A DNA stretch of 64,000 nt from Promethearchaeota archaeon (GCA_016839705.1 JAEOTR010000048.1:24779-88778); one strand, 5' to 3'. Shown: positions 49,945-60,293, counted from the first letter of the stretch. Notes: generated from the letters alone by a model not told the origin. Translations and numbers: made by a program.

Positions 49945-52900
49945 ATGTATAGTCATAAAAATTCCCTCAGAAATCAAATGAAATATCCTCATATTAAATC
50001 AATTGTAAAGAAAAAAAAAGGAATAGTTATTCTAGTTTCTATCTTTATTATATTATTTTTCCTTAACATACCTAATTTTTCTATGATTAGTTTTAACAAT
50101 CAAAAACTAACTACTGATAAATCAAAAAATTTTAGGAATCCTAATATCTCTTCAGACGGTACAAATTCAAGACCTTTACTAGTATATCAACATACCACCA
50201 TTTCTAACATCTATTACCCTCTTTCTTTACCTTCTGATATAAGTTTCACCTTAATAGAAGGATGGACTTCAAAAAATGTTACTATAACTTATGATGGAGT
50301 ATCACATCAAAAAGATTGGGTAATAAATGGTACATTCCCTACAGGTGAAGCCCCATGGGAATATTATGACAATAATTCGAATTTTATTAAAGAAGCTTGG
50401 CAAGTGATTGATGGTCAAGATTGTGTTGGAATCACAATAAACAAAGGTCAAAGCTTTCTCCAAGGAGATTATAGTTATTTCGAAGAAAATTTAACTATTC
50501 ATGAACCATCAGCATTAAATACGTTAGCAACCTTATCTATGGATTATTATTTTATTCACGAATTAGGAGTTTCATCTAATAATATTAGTACTTTTGTATC
50601 TATTGATATTGAAGGGGAAGAAAAAAGCACTGAAGCAAAATTTATTGATTTAGTTGAAGAATCTTGGAGTGAGATAAGTGTAACCTATGACCTTTCTGCT
50701 TACAATCAATTGATTCATGGTAATAATGAAAATATTACAATAAGAGCAGGAGTTATTACTCAAAATGATACTAGTCAAACTCCATCAAGTAAAGATCAAA
50801 GAATATTTTTTAACAATATACAATTTACCGTTTGGACTAAACCTAGCTTACCAAATTTATTAATCGCTAATGATATAGATAATAATTATAATTTCGATTT
50901 TTATAATTATACTAACAGTACTTTTGGTAAAGGGAGCGCTTTTATTAATGAATCAATTATTAAAAGCGGAAGTAGTGATATTACGTTCACAATTTTAAAA
51001 AATAATACATTTACTGAGGAATTTGAAGTCCATAACATTACCATTACATCAGAAGCAATAAAAATCTTTAATTCAACTTTAAACGGGCAAGAAGGTAGTC
51101 TCTATATTAATAATATAAATGTAGATTGGCGAACTGAATGCTCATTCTTCATCCCTTTTGGATATATAGATAATTGGGTTGAAATATTTAAACCAGATGA
51201 TTGGAATACAACTTCTATCCTAGATGGTTTTGGGGTTGATACAAAAGGAAGTTGTACTGGTATAACTCTTGGTTCAGAGAGAATAATCATACCGAATGGA
51301 GTTTTAAGCCCAGGGTTATGGACACTTGAGTTTACTAGCTCGAATTATATCGTTGAGGGAGGTATCATTGTTTGGAATGGAACTTTTTTTAATGAAGAAT
51401 CGAGTATTGCAATTGGAGATATATTTCAAATCAACGCAACGTTAAATAATACAGTCCCATTTGCTAATACGCAAGTAAATTGTACTATTAAATATCCGAA
51501 TGGTACTATTTTCTGGCAAATGAGTAAAACACTAGGATCTTACAACATTAATTTTGGTGATTTTACTGTTGGACTTAATATGTCCGTAGGAAATTATCAG
51601 ACAACATTAGTATGGACAAATAACCAATCTCAATCTGATAGGGATAAAGTTGGCTTCTTACAATTCGGATTTGAAGTGTGGCATCATACAAGTCTCACAG
51701 CCGTAAATGATCTTGAAGAGAAGGTTTCGGGAGATCCTTTTCTTATGAAAGTAAATTTCAGTGATATTGATTCAAATTCATATGTAGATTTTGCTACAGT
51801 TACCTTTAATTCCACTTTTGGAGCCTCTGGTGATATGATATACTTTGGTTCAGGAATTTACGTTGCTGATTTAGATATTAGTGGTTTATCATTGGGTAGT
51901 TATTATTTCTCATTCAATGCTTCAAAACAATATTACGAAAATCAAACTATAATGAATTTAGTTCATTTAAGAATTGTTTCACAACCATTAGCATTAGATG
52001 TTCCTCATGAAGTTATAAATGCGGATGCGAATAGCTATGCTATTTGCCAAGTAAATGTCACTGGGGCGATTTCTGGCTCTTTGATAACTGGGAGTGTTAA
52101 TGTAACTACTGATTGGCAAAAAAATTATACAATTATTGATCATCTTAATGGTTCTGTAACACTTAATTTCTCTACAAATCATCTACCACTTGAAGGTATT
52201 ATTGAAACATATACAGTGACTATATTTGCTAATAAAATCAATTATAGTATTACTTCAGGGTTCATATCTATAGCAGTACATCCTATTCCTGCTGTAGTAA
52301 ACGTCAATACATCTATAGTTGAGGTTAAATTGTATGAGAATTTCTCATTAAACTTAAATTATACTGTTGGTGAATCAGGTGAATTAATTAGTGAAGCCAT
52401 ATTAAATGTATCTTGGGTATCTTCCGTTAACATTTTCCCAAGTGGAAATAACTATATAATTAATTTTTCTACAACTGGTCTTAGTTTAGGAAATTATATT
52501 GTGTTATTGAGATTAAACCATCCCGGCTATGAAACAGCTTTCAAAAGTGTTTATGTGACCATTTTACCTCTTGAAATTAATGTAGAAACAATTGAATACA
52601 ACAATACGATTGAAGTAATCGCTGGAAGCTCTTATTTAATAAGTATACGTCTTACTGAAGAAGGTTCTGGAAATTTAATTGAAAATGCTAACATAACCTA
52701 TTCATGGAGATTTGAATTTGGAGAGGTTACGAATGTTGGAAGTGGGATTTATGAATTGATGTTACATATTCCTGAAAGTGCTGATGGTGCCTATATTATA
52801 GATATAATAATTATATCTGAAGATGTAGAGCTTAAGAATCGAAATTTTCCTCTAAATATATACGTTTTACAAAAACCGACTCCAAATTACCTGATATGGA

Positions 52901-53742
52901 TAATTTTAGGAGTTTCAATAGCCATAATCGGTGTTTTAAGTGCTTTAAGTTTAAGAAGCTATGTGATCGCCCCGCGTAAGAGAAAGAAAGAACGACTATT
53001 TATGAATACAATACAAGTTTTTAAAGATGTTAAAAATATTCAAGCGATAATGCTTATTCATAAGGAAAGTGGGATGCCATTTTTCACTAAAAATATCTCT
53101 GGATTCGATTTTGAAGATAATTTTCTAATTTCTGGTTTTATTCAGGCAATTACGTTATTTGGGAAGCAAATGATTAAAGGTGAAATAATAGATGAAAAAA
53201 AAAGTAAACATAGAGCCTCCTATTCCAAAACTATTACGGAATTGGATTTTAAATTTTTCAGAATCCTCATATGTGACTATTTATCATTAAGAACTGTATT
53301 GATTACTAAAGGTGAATCATCGGTCAGATTAAAAAAGCAATTTCATTTAATGACAGTGGAAATAGAGGCAAAATATGGAGAAAAAGTAAGTACATTCCAG
53401 GGAAAAGTCGATATAATTCAATCAAAAATTGATACACTACTAAATGAATTCTTATTTTTATATTACCAAGAACCATTTAAATTAATAGATGATGCGAGTT
53501 ACATGAGATTTCTGAAAAAAGGTGGGGAATTACAGGCAATAGAGTCCCGAATCCTTAATGTTATAATCTCTGTAACTAAATTAAATAAAGAATTTACTAT
53601 TAATAGGATAATTGAGGAAATTGATGAAAAGGACGTTGATAAAATCTATGGTGGTCTACATACGCTCATTCAAAGAAATATAATTATTCCCGCTACTCAA
53701 AAGGACGAAGATTCACATCCCTTATTAGGTGGATTGAAATAA
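49945..53742 (+). CDS. large single-pass surface protein: beta-rich/Ig-like glycosylated ectodomain, TM helix, cytoplasmic longin-like and wHTH-like domains
   Basis: N-terminal KKKK + hydrophobic anchor; many N-x-S/T sequons and GxY repeats; TM IWIILGVSIAIIGVLSAL followed by RKRKK; tail LIHKESG...LISGFIQAITLFG. Start ATG 49945 or 49978. Confidence 0.8.
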   Translation: MYSHKNSLRNQMKYPHIKSIVKKKKGIVILVSIFIILFFLNIPNFSMISFNNQKLTTDKSKNFRNPNISSDGTNSRPLLVYQHTTISNIYYPLSLPSDISFTLIEGWTSKNVTITYDGVSHQKDWVINGTFPTGEAPWEYYDNNSNFIKEAWQVIDGQDCVGITINKGQSFLQGDYSYFEENLTIHEPSALNTLATLSMDYYFIHELGVSSNNISTFVSIDIEGEEKSTEAKFIDLVEESWSEISVTYDLSAYNQLIHGNNENITIRAGVITQNDTSQTPSSKDQRIFFNNIQFTVWTKPSLPNLLIANDIDNNYNFDFYNYTNSTFGKGSAFINESIIKSGSSDITFTILKNNTFTEEFEVHNITITSEAIKIFNSTLNGQEGSLYINNINVDWRTECSFFIPFGYIDNWVEIFKPDDWNTTSILDGFGVDTKGSCTGITLGSERIIIPNGVLSPGLWTLEFTSSNYIVEGGIIVWNGTFFNEESSIAIGDIFQINATLNNTVPFANTQVNCTIKYPNGTIFWQMSKTLGSYNINFGDFTVGLNMSVGNYQTTLVWTNNQSQSDRDKVGFLQFGFEVWHHTSLTAVNDLEEKVSGDPFLMKVNFSDIDSNSYVDFATVTFNSTFGASGDMIYFGSGIYVADLDISGLSLGSYYFSFNASKQYYENQTIMNLVHLRIVSQPLALDVPHEVINADANSYAICQVNVTGAISGSLITGSVNVTTDWQKNYTIIDHLNGSVTLNFSTNHLPLEGIIETYTVTIFANKINYSITSGFISIAVHPIPAVVNVNTSIVEVKLYENFSLNLNYTVGESGELISEAILNVSWVSSVNIFPSGNNYIINFSTTGLSLGNYIVLLRLNHPGYETAFKSVYVTILPLEINVETIEYNNTIEVIAGSSYLISIRLTEEGSGNLIENANITYSWRFEFGEVTNVGSGIYELMLHIPESADGAYIIDIIIISEDVELKNRNFPLNIYVLQKPTPNYLIWIILGVSIAIIGVLSALSLRSYVIAPRKRKKERLFMNTIQVFKDVKNIQAIMLIHKESGMPFFTKNISGFDFEDNFLISGFIQAITLFGKQMIKGEIIDEKKSKHRASYSKTITELDFKFFRILICDYLSLRTVLITKGESSVRLKKQFHLMTVEIEAKYGEKVSTFQGKVDIIQSKIDTLLNEFLFLYYQEPFKLIDDASYMRFLKKGGELQAIESRILNVIISVTKLNKEFTINRIIEEIDEKDVDKIYGGLHTLIQRNIIIPATQKDEDSHPLLGGLK

Positions 53743-53777
53743 CCTGGAATTATGTTTTATGACTTTCATCAGTTTTT

Positions 53778-54125
53778 CTATCTAAATCCTTGACAGAAGG
53801 AAAAAACATTCTTAGGTAAAACGCTGTGATTGTATCCTCCCTCTAATAAAGCATATCGTCTTCCCTTGCTCAAATTTTCCGAATACTCTTTCATTAATCT
53901 GCCCAATTCAAAATAATCTTAAGGATATAAGAGATTACCCCAGTCTTCAATTCCTTGATCAAAACCCGCACTAGCAACAAAAATATCAATATCCTTTAAA
54001 TTTTGCATAGATTTTTCGACTTCTTTAATGTAATTAACATGCCCACTTGAGCTTGGATTTAGAATCTTTACTTTAAACCCATCACTTCTATTTTTCAGAA
54101 TATTGATATTACCATCACCAGTATG
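53778..54125 (-). pseudogene. 3' half of an HDAC-family deacetylase, with in-frame TAA at 53919..53921
   Basis: Hand translation HTGDGNINILKNR...SAGFDQGIEDWGNLLYP*DY...LLEGGYNH...FCQGFR*; 99/115 aa identical to the product of 56809..57156. Confidence 0.9.
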
Positions 54126-54129
54126 AATA

Positions 54130-54264
54130 ATAAACTATGTTTGGTTTAAGAAACACTTTTTCATTTCCAGTGAAATTTTCGAATGCATTTGATAATTCAA
54201 TTGCTTATTGTAAAGATTTAGTTTTCCTCCTATAGGGATTAATCGCTACTCGATACGGTTTCAT
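54130..54264 (-). pseudogene. 5' remnant of a DUF362-like gene (copy B), fused out of frame to the HDAC remnant
   Basis: MKPYRVAINPYRRKTKSLQ*AIELSNAFENFTGNEKVFLKPNIVY; KVFLKPNIV is the DUF362 N-terminal motif. Confidence 0.65.
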
Positions 54265-54554
54265 GAAAATCATCTAATTATTTAATCTTTAGAAGAAAAA
54301 TAATTCACGTAATCAATACTTTTTTTTTCTTTATATCATCTTAAAAAATTTCATCAAATGGCTGAAAAGTTTCTTCTAATAATGGTAATTATAAATTTAT
54401 TCTAAGATAAGAATAGGTTTTAGATAATATTTTTATACTTGTTCACTCTACTCATTTTCCAATTCTAAAACTTAAATTATTTTTTTTGAACAAAACTGGA
54501 AAGATTTATCAGAGTGTTTTAAGATCATTTTGATATAGAAACTCGAGAATAAAA

Positions 54555-55592
54555 ATGGGAACTTTAGATTTATTACTAGGATTATTCTTTTCATCAGAAG
54601 ACAGTATTATATATGAAAAGATTAAACTATCTAAAAAAATATCACAAACAAATAAACAACACATAAAGCAATTACCTTTGCGGTTTCTTGGACCTTTATT
54701 CATGACGTTAGCTTATGATGCTGAAAAAAAATGGAATATTAATTTTATTGAATCGACATTATCATCAAATCAGGAATATATTGTTGAAGAAACTTTTATG
54801 CAATCATTCATATGTCTTAATTCTTCAGTTGATGAAGGAGATAATATGACTTATCTCTTTGCGTTTATTGGATCTCCATATACAGAAGATCCTAAAATGA
54901 TATATGAAAAAATGAGTAAATATATTCATCAAAGTATCATTCAAGGAAGATTTGTAGCCCAAAAGACTTATGGGGTTGCGTTTAATTATGATAAATTCGT
55001 AAATGGAGAGTTAAAAAGAGGTGTAAAATTGATAAATCACTCATTAGGATCTCCAAGAAAGATGCACTGGGAAGAAAAAAAAAAATATTATTCAGTAGGA
55101 TTAATAGAGAGAAAAAAAATGGGAGATTATGTTGAATCTAACTTATATACATTTGATACTGATGATCCATTAAGAACAAGGTCTTTAAACGCTATTCCTT
55201 CCTACTATTTGATGGCAATATTACCTAATTACTTTGAAACTCGTATAGTTGAAACCTTAAAGCTATTTGAAAAAACAGAAATTTATCCTAACATTAGAAC
55301 GATAAAATTAAGTAACTCTAATAGTGAGGTTTTATATATAGAAGAATTTTTAATTGAGAATCAAATCAGAAAGAGCTATGGTTTAATACTAATTTCAACA
55401 AATGAAGAATTCTCAGAAAGTTATGATATTTCATTTTTTAAGAAAAAATTAAGGCTCCTTTTAGGTAAGAAGAAGAATTTTGAAGAAACTGTCATTGAAA
55501 TAAATTCAAGAATTAACCCGTTCTATAAATGGAGTACTAATTCTGAAGAAACACTTAGAAATATTATAGAATTACTCGATAGCAAAAATTAA
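54555..55592 (+). CDS. hypothetical protein
   Basis: 345-aa ORF, no recognised motif. Confidence 0.65.
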   Translation: MGTLDLLLGLFFSSEDSIIYEKIKLSKKISQTNKQHIKQLPLRFLGPLFMTLAYDAEKKWNINFIESTLSSNQEYIVEETFMQSFICLNSSVDEGDNMTYLFAFIGSPYTEDPKMIYEKMSKYIHQSIIQGRFVAQKTYGVAFNYDKFVNGELKRGVKLINHSLGSPRKMHWEEKKKYYSVGLIERKKMGDYVESNLYTFDTDDPLRTRSLNAIPSYYLMAILPNYFETRIVETLKLFEKTEIYPNIRTIKLSNSNSEVLYIEEFLIENQIRKSYGLILISTNEEFSESYDISFFKKKLRLLLGKKKNFEETVIEINSRINPFYKWSTNSEETLRNIIELLDSKN

Positions 55593-55618
55593 GATAACAG
55601 GGAAATGAGGTAAGTTTT

Positions 55619-56620
55619 TTGGAAAAGATCGAATTCAAGCAATTGTTTAAGATTGAAAAAGAAAGATTATTATGGAATTACCAGAGAATAAATCGTATGT
55701 TTAAAAATTTAGAACCTACAGAGATCATAGCTAAATTCTTAATAAATCAATCAGTAGAATTTTCCCCCAATAGAATGATAGATATACTCAATTATTACTC
55801 ACCTAAAATTAGGAAAGATAAAACATTATTAGATTTTGCATTTGAATGGGTTCGAGCGAATAGAATTCGATTTGATTATAAGAAATTTATAAATTTAGGG
55901 ACATATGAAGACCAAAATAGTGCCATCGATGATTCCATTTTTCTTTTCTTTTTAGATTATGATAATTATATTAGAGAATGCTTAATAGAAAATATAAGTG
56001 AACTTGAAATTTGCGCGTTATATGAAATATTCTTTAATCCTAATCAAGTAGATTCTACAAATATGGACGCTTTCTTGAAAAATAAGGAGTTAAAAGTACA
56101 CACAATTTTTAAAGGAAAAGAAAAAGTAAATACTAGTATCTTTACATTACGAGAGGGTTTATCAGCGATGATCAAGAAAGATTATAATGAATTACACTCA
56201 TCAAAAGTCAAAATAAAAAGTGATCAGCAAAAATCAGGCAATGAAGTTTTATCAACAATAACAGAGTTCGATGGGACAATGTTAGAAAGATTGGTTAAAT
56301 CATACTGCTTTAACAAACGGAAAATAGTTGATAGGGAACTTGAAAACTCAATTTCTAGGTTTTTATCTTCTTTTTTCAAATTTGGCCAATTTTATAAATA
56401 TGAAGATTTTAAAGATAAATTGATTCAAAATTTAACAGATAGTTTATATTCTGGATTAACAGAAAATCATAAGTTTATTTCATTAGATATTCTCAATTCT
56501 GATAATTTATTTAATTTTGAAAAAACTGTAGAAACACAAAAATTAGATGGTTTGGCTTGGATTAAGGATTTAATCCCAATTTTAAAAGAATTTGCTGTAA
56601 AATTCATTGATAGGTTATAA
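55619..56620 (+). CDS. hypothetical alpha-helical protein
   Basis: 333-aa ORF; TTG start preceded by GAGGT, 26 nt after the upstream ORF. Confidence 0.65.
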   Translation: MEKIEFKQLFKIEKERLLWNYQRINRMFKNLEPTEIIAKFLINQSVEFSPNRMIDILNYYSPKIRKDKTLLDFAFEWVRANRIRFDYKKFINLGTYEDQNSAIDDSIFLFFLDYDNYIRECLIENISELEICALYEIFFNPNQVDSTNMDAFLKNKELKVHTIFKGKEKVNTSIFTLREGLSAMIKKDYNELHSSKVKIKSDQQKSGNEVLSTITEFDGTMLERLVKSYCFNKRKIVDRELENSISRFLSSFFKFGQFYKYEDFKDKLIQNLTDSLYSGLTENHKFISLDILNSDNLFNFEKTVETQKLDGLAWIKDLIPILKEFAVKFIDRL

Positions 56621-56648
56621 ATCTTATTTCTACTTCTGTTGTGAAGTC

Positions 56649-56800
56649 TTATTGAGATTTTTCTATCATTACAAATAAGTGATAACTTTCTCCGAATTTG
56701 GGAGGATTCTTGTGCCAATTTTGACTAATGATTTTATACCCAACATGCTGAACCATTTTTAAATAAGTTGCTTTGTCAGATTTTTCCTCATTAATTAAAG
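56649..56800 (-). pseudogene. possible C-terminal remnant of a class I SAM methyltransferase
   Basis: SDKATYLKMVQHVGYKII...YHLFVMIEK* resembles the terminal helix–GF–strand–hairpin of Rossmann methyltransferases; no plausible start of its own. Confidence 0.3.
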
Positions 56801-56808
56801 AAATTCCT

Positions 56809-57579
56809 TTATTTAAATCCTTGACAGAATGAATCCACATTTTTAGGTAATACTTCATGGTTGTACCCTCCCTCCAGCAAAGCAAATCGTCTACCTTTAC
56901 TTAATTTTTCGGAATATTTTTTCATTAAGCTACCTAATTCATGATAATCTTCAGGATATAATTTATTACCCCAGTCTTCGATTCCTTCATCAAATCCTGC
57001 ACTAGCAACAAAAATATCAATATCTTTTAAATTTTGCATAAATTTTTCCACTTCTTTAATGTAATTGACATTCCCACTTGAGCTTGGATTTAATATTTTT
57101 ACTTTAAATCCATCGTTCCTATTTTTGAGAATGTTCAATGTCCCGTCACCAGTATGAAGATCAAAATCTAACACAAAAGCAGTGGCAATTTTTCCTTCTG
57201 AATATAATTTCAGTAAGCTTATACTTATATTGTTGAAATAACAAAATCCCCAGCATGAATCTGCTGAAGCATGGTGCCCTGGAGGACGAACTACGGCAAA
57301 GGTTGGATTTTCGTTATAACCTTCTTCAGCAGCTAAAATTGAACCCCCTGCAGCTAAAGATGCTAACTCAAACAATAGTGGTTCTCTCTTAATATAGTTA
57401 AAATGCCTTTCCGAATGAGCTCGTAGTATATCTTCTTTCTTCGCAGGCTTGGGTTTTATAAATTCATATTCTTTTCTTTTGGATAATAAATTAACAATTC
57501 CCTCTAAACGACCTGGTTCAGCCGCAGGATCCCTTGCATAATCTGAATTAAAATACCGTTCATGAAATACAATCTTCAT
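56809..57579 (-). CDS. histone deacetylase family (AcuC/AphA-like) Zn-dependent deacetylase
   Basis: RPPGHHA, GFCYFNN, DFDLHTGDGT, SAGFD, LEGGY. Confidence 0.92.
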   Translation of the reverse strand: MKIVFHERYFNSDYARDPAAEPGRLEGIVNLLSKRKEYEFIKPKPAKKEDILRAHSERHFNYIKREPLLFELASLAAGGSILAAEEGYNENPTFAVVRPPGHHASADSCWGFCYFNNISISLLKLYSEGKIATAFVLDFDLHTGDGTLNILKNRNDGFKVKILNPSSSGNVNYIKEVEKFMQNLKDIDIFVASAGFDEGIEDWGNKLYPEDYHELGSLMKKYSEKLSKGRRFALLEGGYNHEVLPKNVDSFCQGFK

Positions 57580-57581
57580 CT

Positions 57582-58526
57582 TTACAATCTCTTACTTAAT
57601 TTTTCAATCATGTCTTTTGTCATCATTTCGAGATCATAGTGAGGATTCCAACCCCAATCTTCTCTTGCGAAGGAATCATCAATTGTTTTCGGCCAAGAAT
57701 TTGCTATTTCTTGCCTAAAATCTGGTTTAAATTTAATTTTAAAATCCGGTATATGTTTTTTTATCTCAGCAGCTAATTCTCCTACAGAAAAACTCATGCT
57801 AGTAACATTATATACACGTCGCCTTAATTTTTTAGGGTCTGCTTCCAAAAGATCTATCATACATTTAATGCAATCATCTACATACATCATTGGTAAAATA
57901 GTATTTTCATCTAGAAAAGAAGTATATTCTTTTTCTCGAATGGCACCATAGAAGATTTCTACTGCGTAATCCGTGGTCCCCCCTTCTGGATAAGTCTTGC
58001 TACTAATTATTCCAGGAAGTCTCATAGACCTAGTATCAAGAGAATAATTTTTGTAATAATATTTTGCCAAGAGTTCACCTGTTACTTTTGTTATACCATA
58101 CATAGTCGTAGGAGATAAAATTGTTTCATTTGGTGTATTGGTTTGAGGTGTAGTGGGACCAAAGGCAGCAATAGAACTTGGCCAAATAATACTATCTATA
58201 TTATTCTCCTTACTTACTTCTAATACATTTATAAGGCCGTTTAAATTTACATCCCAGGCTTTTAATGGTGATTTCTCTCCACTTGCAGAGAGAATAGAAG
58301 CCATATTAAATATTGTATCTATATTAAAATCGCTAATACATTTAGATAAAGCTTCTTTATTTAAGATGTCGAGTTGTACAAACGGTGTAGAGTTAATGGC
58401 GTTTTCATGTGTGGGTATTTTTATGTCAGATGTAACTACATTCTCTTTACCGTACCTTGTTCTTAACTCTGGTACAATTTCAGAACCGAGTTGACCCGCT
58501 GAACCTATTACTAGAATCCTTCTCAT
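57582..58526 (-). CDS. L-threonine 3-dehydrogenase, SDR/epimerase type
   Basis: GSAGQLG, ILSASGE, PSSIAAFGP, YGITK, GGTTDYAV, LPMMY, RQEIANSWP; divergent from kbl. Confidence 0.85.
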   Translation of the reverse strand: MRRILVIGSAGQLGSEIVPELRTRYGKENVVTSDIKIPTHENAINSTPFVQLDILNKEALSKCISDFNIDTIFNMASILSASGEKSPLKAWDVNLNGLINVLEVSKENNIDSIIWPSSIAAFGPTTPQTNTPNETILSPTTMYGITKVTGELLAKYYYKNYSLDTRSMRLPGIISSKTYPEGGTTDYAVEIFYGAIREKEYTSFLDENTILPMMYVDDCIKCMIDLLEADPKKLRRRVYNVTSMSFSVGELAAEIKKHIPDFKIKFKPDFRQEIANSWPKTIDDSFAREDWGWNPHYDLEMMTKDMIEKLSKRL

Positions 58527-58710
58527 TGTTTTTATTCGTAAGTTGATGTATATCTAGTATAGTTCTTAATTTACTTAATTAAAAAAGGTTTATCTAGCAT
58601 ATTCCCATTTTTTGCCCCCTTCTGTCATTATAGGAAAAACTAATATATTTATGTAGATACCTTTAAAATATCAATTTTCTCATTATTAAAAAGTTTAAAG
58701 TGATGATTTA

Positions 58711-59898
58711 ATGAAAAGAGATCCAGAAGCTTTTCTCAAGGAAGAAATGAATGAATTAAGAAATAACAACCTTGAATGGATTATTCGATATCTTGAGCAA
58801 GGATCAAAACCCCATTCTGTTGTTGATGGAAAAGAAGTGCTAATGCTTAACACCAATAATTATCTTGGGTTAGCTACACATCCAAAAATAATTCAGGCTG
58901 CAATTGATGCAACAAAAAAATATGGTGCTGGAGCGGGAGCTGTACCCGTTATAGCAGGTTCCTTTGATTTAACAAAAGAATTCCAAGAAAAATTTGCTAA
59001 GTTCAAAGAAGTAGAAGCCTCAATTTTATGTCAAACAGGTTTTGCGGTCAATTCGGGACTAATACCTATGTTAGTTGGAAAACAAGATGTTGTTGTTTCT
59101 GATGAATTAAATCATGGTTCCATTATTGATGGAGTAAGATTATCAGGTGCAAACCGTGTTATCTATAAACATAACGATGTTGGAGATTTAGAAAGACAGT
59201 TAAAAGAAGTTGAAAAGAACACTCCCAGAAGAATTTGTATAATAACTGATGGTGTTTTCTCAATGGATGGGGATATGGCACCCTTACCGGGTATTGCAAA
59301 AGTAGCCGAAGATTTCGGAGCTATGATTTTTGTGGATGATTGCCATGGGGAAGGCGTGTTAGGGAGAGGTAGAGGAATTGTTGCTCATTTTAATTTACAA
59401 GGAAAAGTACATGTTGAGGGAGGATCAATGAGTAAAGGATTCGGGGTTTTTGGGGGAACTGTAGCTGGTTCACGAGATTTAATTGAATTTTGTGCAAATA
59501 AAAGTAGAACATATTTATTAAGTACTGCACACCCTCCCGGAGTCGTTGCTGCTTGCATTGCTTCTATAGACGTCGTTGAGAATGAACCAGAACATGTTGA
59601 GAGAGTTTGGGAAAATACAAACTATTTCAAGAAAGAGGTTCAAAGTATGGGCTATAATACTGGCAATTCTCAAACTCCAATAATCCCTCTAATTATTGGA
59701 GATCCAGGGAAAGCTCAAGAGCTTGCTCGAATCTTATTTGAGCAAGAAAACATATATGGCACACCAATTGTATTTCCAATGGTTGCTCGAGAATTGTCTC
59801 GAATAAGAGTTCAGATGAACGCTTTACTCACAAAAGACGACTTAAACATGGCATTAAGCGCTATAGAAAAAGTTGGTAAAAAATTAAAGGTAATTTAA
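58711..59898 (+). CDS. kbl: glycine C-acetyltransferase (alpha-oxoamine synthase family)
   Basis: NNYLGLA, SDELNHGSIIDG, TDGVFSMDGD, VDDCHGEG, PLP Lys in SMSK; paired with threonine dehydrogenase. Confidence 0.8.
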   Translation: MKRDPEAFLKEEMNELRNNNLEWIIRYLEQGSKPHSVVDGKEVLMLNTNNYLGLATHPKIIQAAIDATKKYGAGAGAVPVIAGSFDLTKEFQEKFAKFKEVEASILCQTGFAVNSGLIPMLVGKQDVVVSDELNHGSIIDGVRLSGANRVIYKHNDVGDLERQLKEVEKNTPRRICIITDGVFSMDGDMAPLPGIAKVAEDFGAMIFVDDCHGEGVLGRGRGIVAHFNLQGKVHVEGGSMSKGFGVFGGTVAGSRDLIEFCANKSRTYLLSTAHPPGVVAACIASIDVVENEPEHVERVWENTNYFKKEVQSMGYNTGNSQTPIIPLIIGDPGKAQELARILFEQENIYGTPIVFPMVARELSRIRVQMNALLTKDDLNMALSAIEKVGKKLKVI

Positions 59899-59945
59899 GG
59901 ATTAATTATAAGAAAAAAAAGATTTAGGATTTCAAATTATATCGT

Positions 59946-60293
59946 TTAGGATATATAAATAATTTGAAATGAAGCTCCTAATACCAATAGCGCTATAACT
60001 CCTATAGCTGAAGCAATAATCATTCCTGTTCTAGCTTCTTTTGAAAGTCTTTGGTCAGTAATTGCTCCTAAAAAAGTAGACAATGAAAAAAAAGTTATTC
60101 CTATATTCCGAAGAAGTACTGAACTTGTTGTAAGATTATTTATTAGTGTTACATAATCTTCGTAACCTGGATCTCCCCAATCAACACTCGGAATAAAACT
60201 GGTAATACTCAGTAAAATGGCCCCAACTATTATTAAAAGTACAAAGATTAAAAAGATAATTACATATCCTTTCTTTAAATTAGATTTACCCAT
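59946..60293 (-). CDS. small three-TM membrane protein
   Basis: Three hydrophobic segments; ATG at 60293. Confidence 0.6.
   Translation of the reverse strand: MGKSNLKKGYVIIFLIFVLLIIVGAILLSITSFIPSVDWGDPGYEDYVTLINNLTTSSVLLRNIGITFFSLSTFLGAITDQRLSKEARTGMIIASAIGVIALLVLGASFQIIYIS

Noticed and set aside
53919-53921. In-frame stop in the HDAC fragment as recoding (Sec/Pyl)
   Set aside because: The codon is TAA at a Glu position in a fragment lacking its 5' half, so it is a nonsense mutation.
49804-54203. 42-bp repeat with palindromic core TCAAATGCATTTGA as an operator or att site
   Set aside because: Both copies translate as DUF362-like coding sequence on the minus strand with third-position mismatches, so a gene remnant explains them better. 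No integrase is present.
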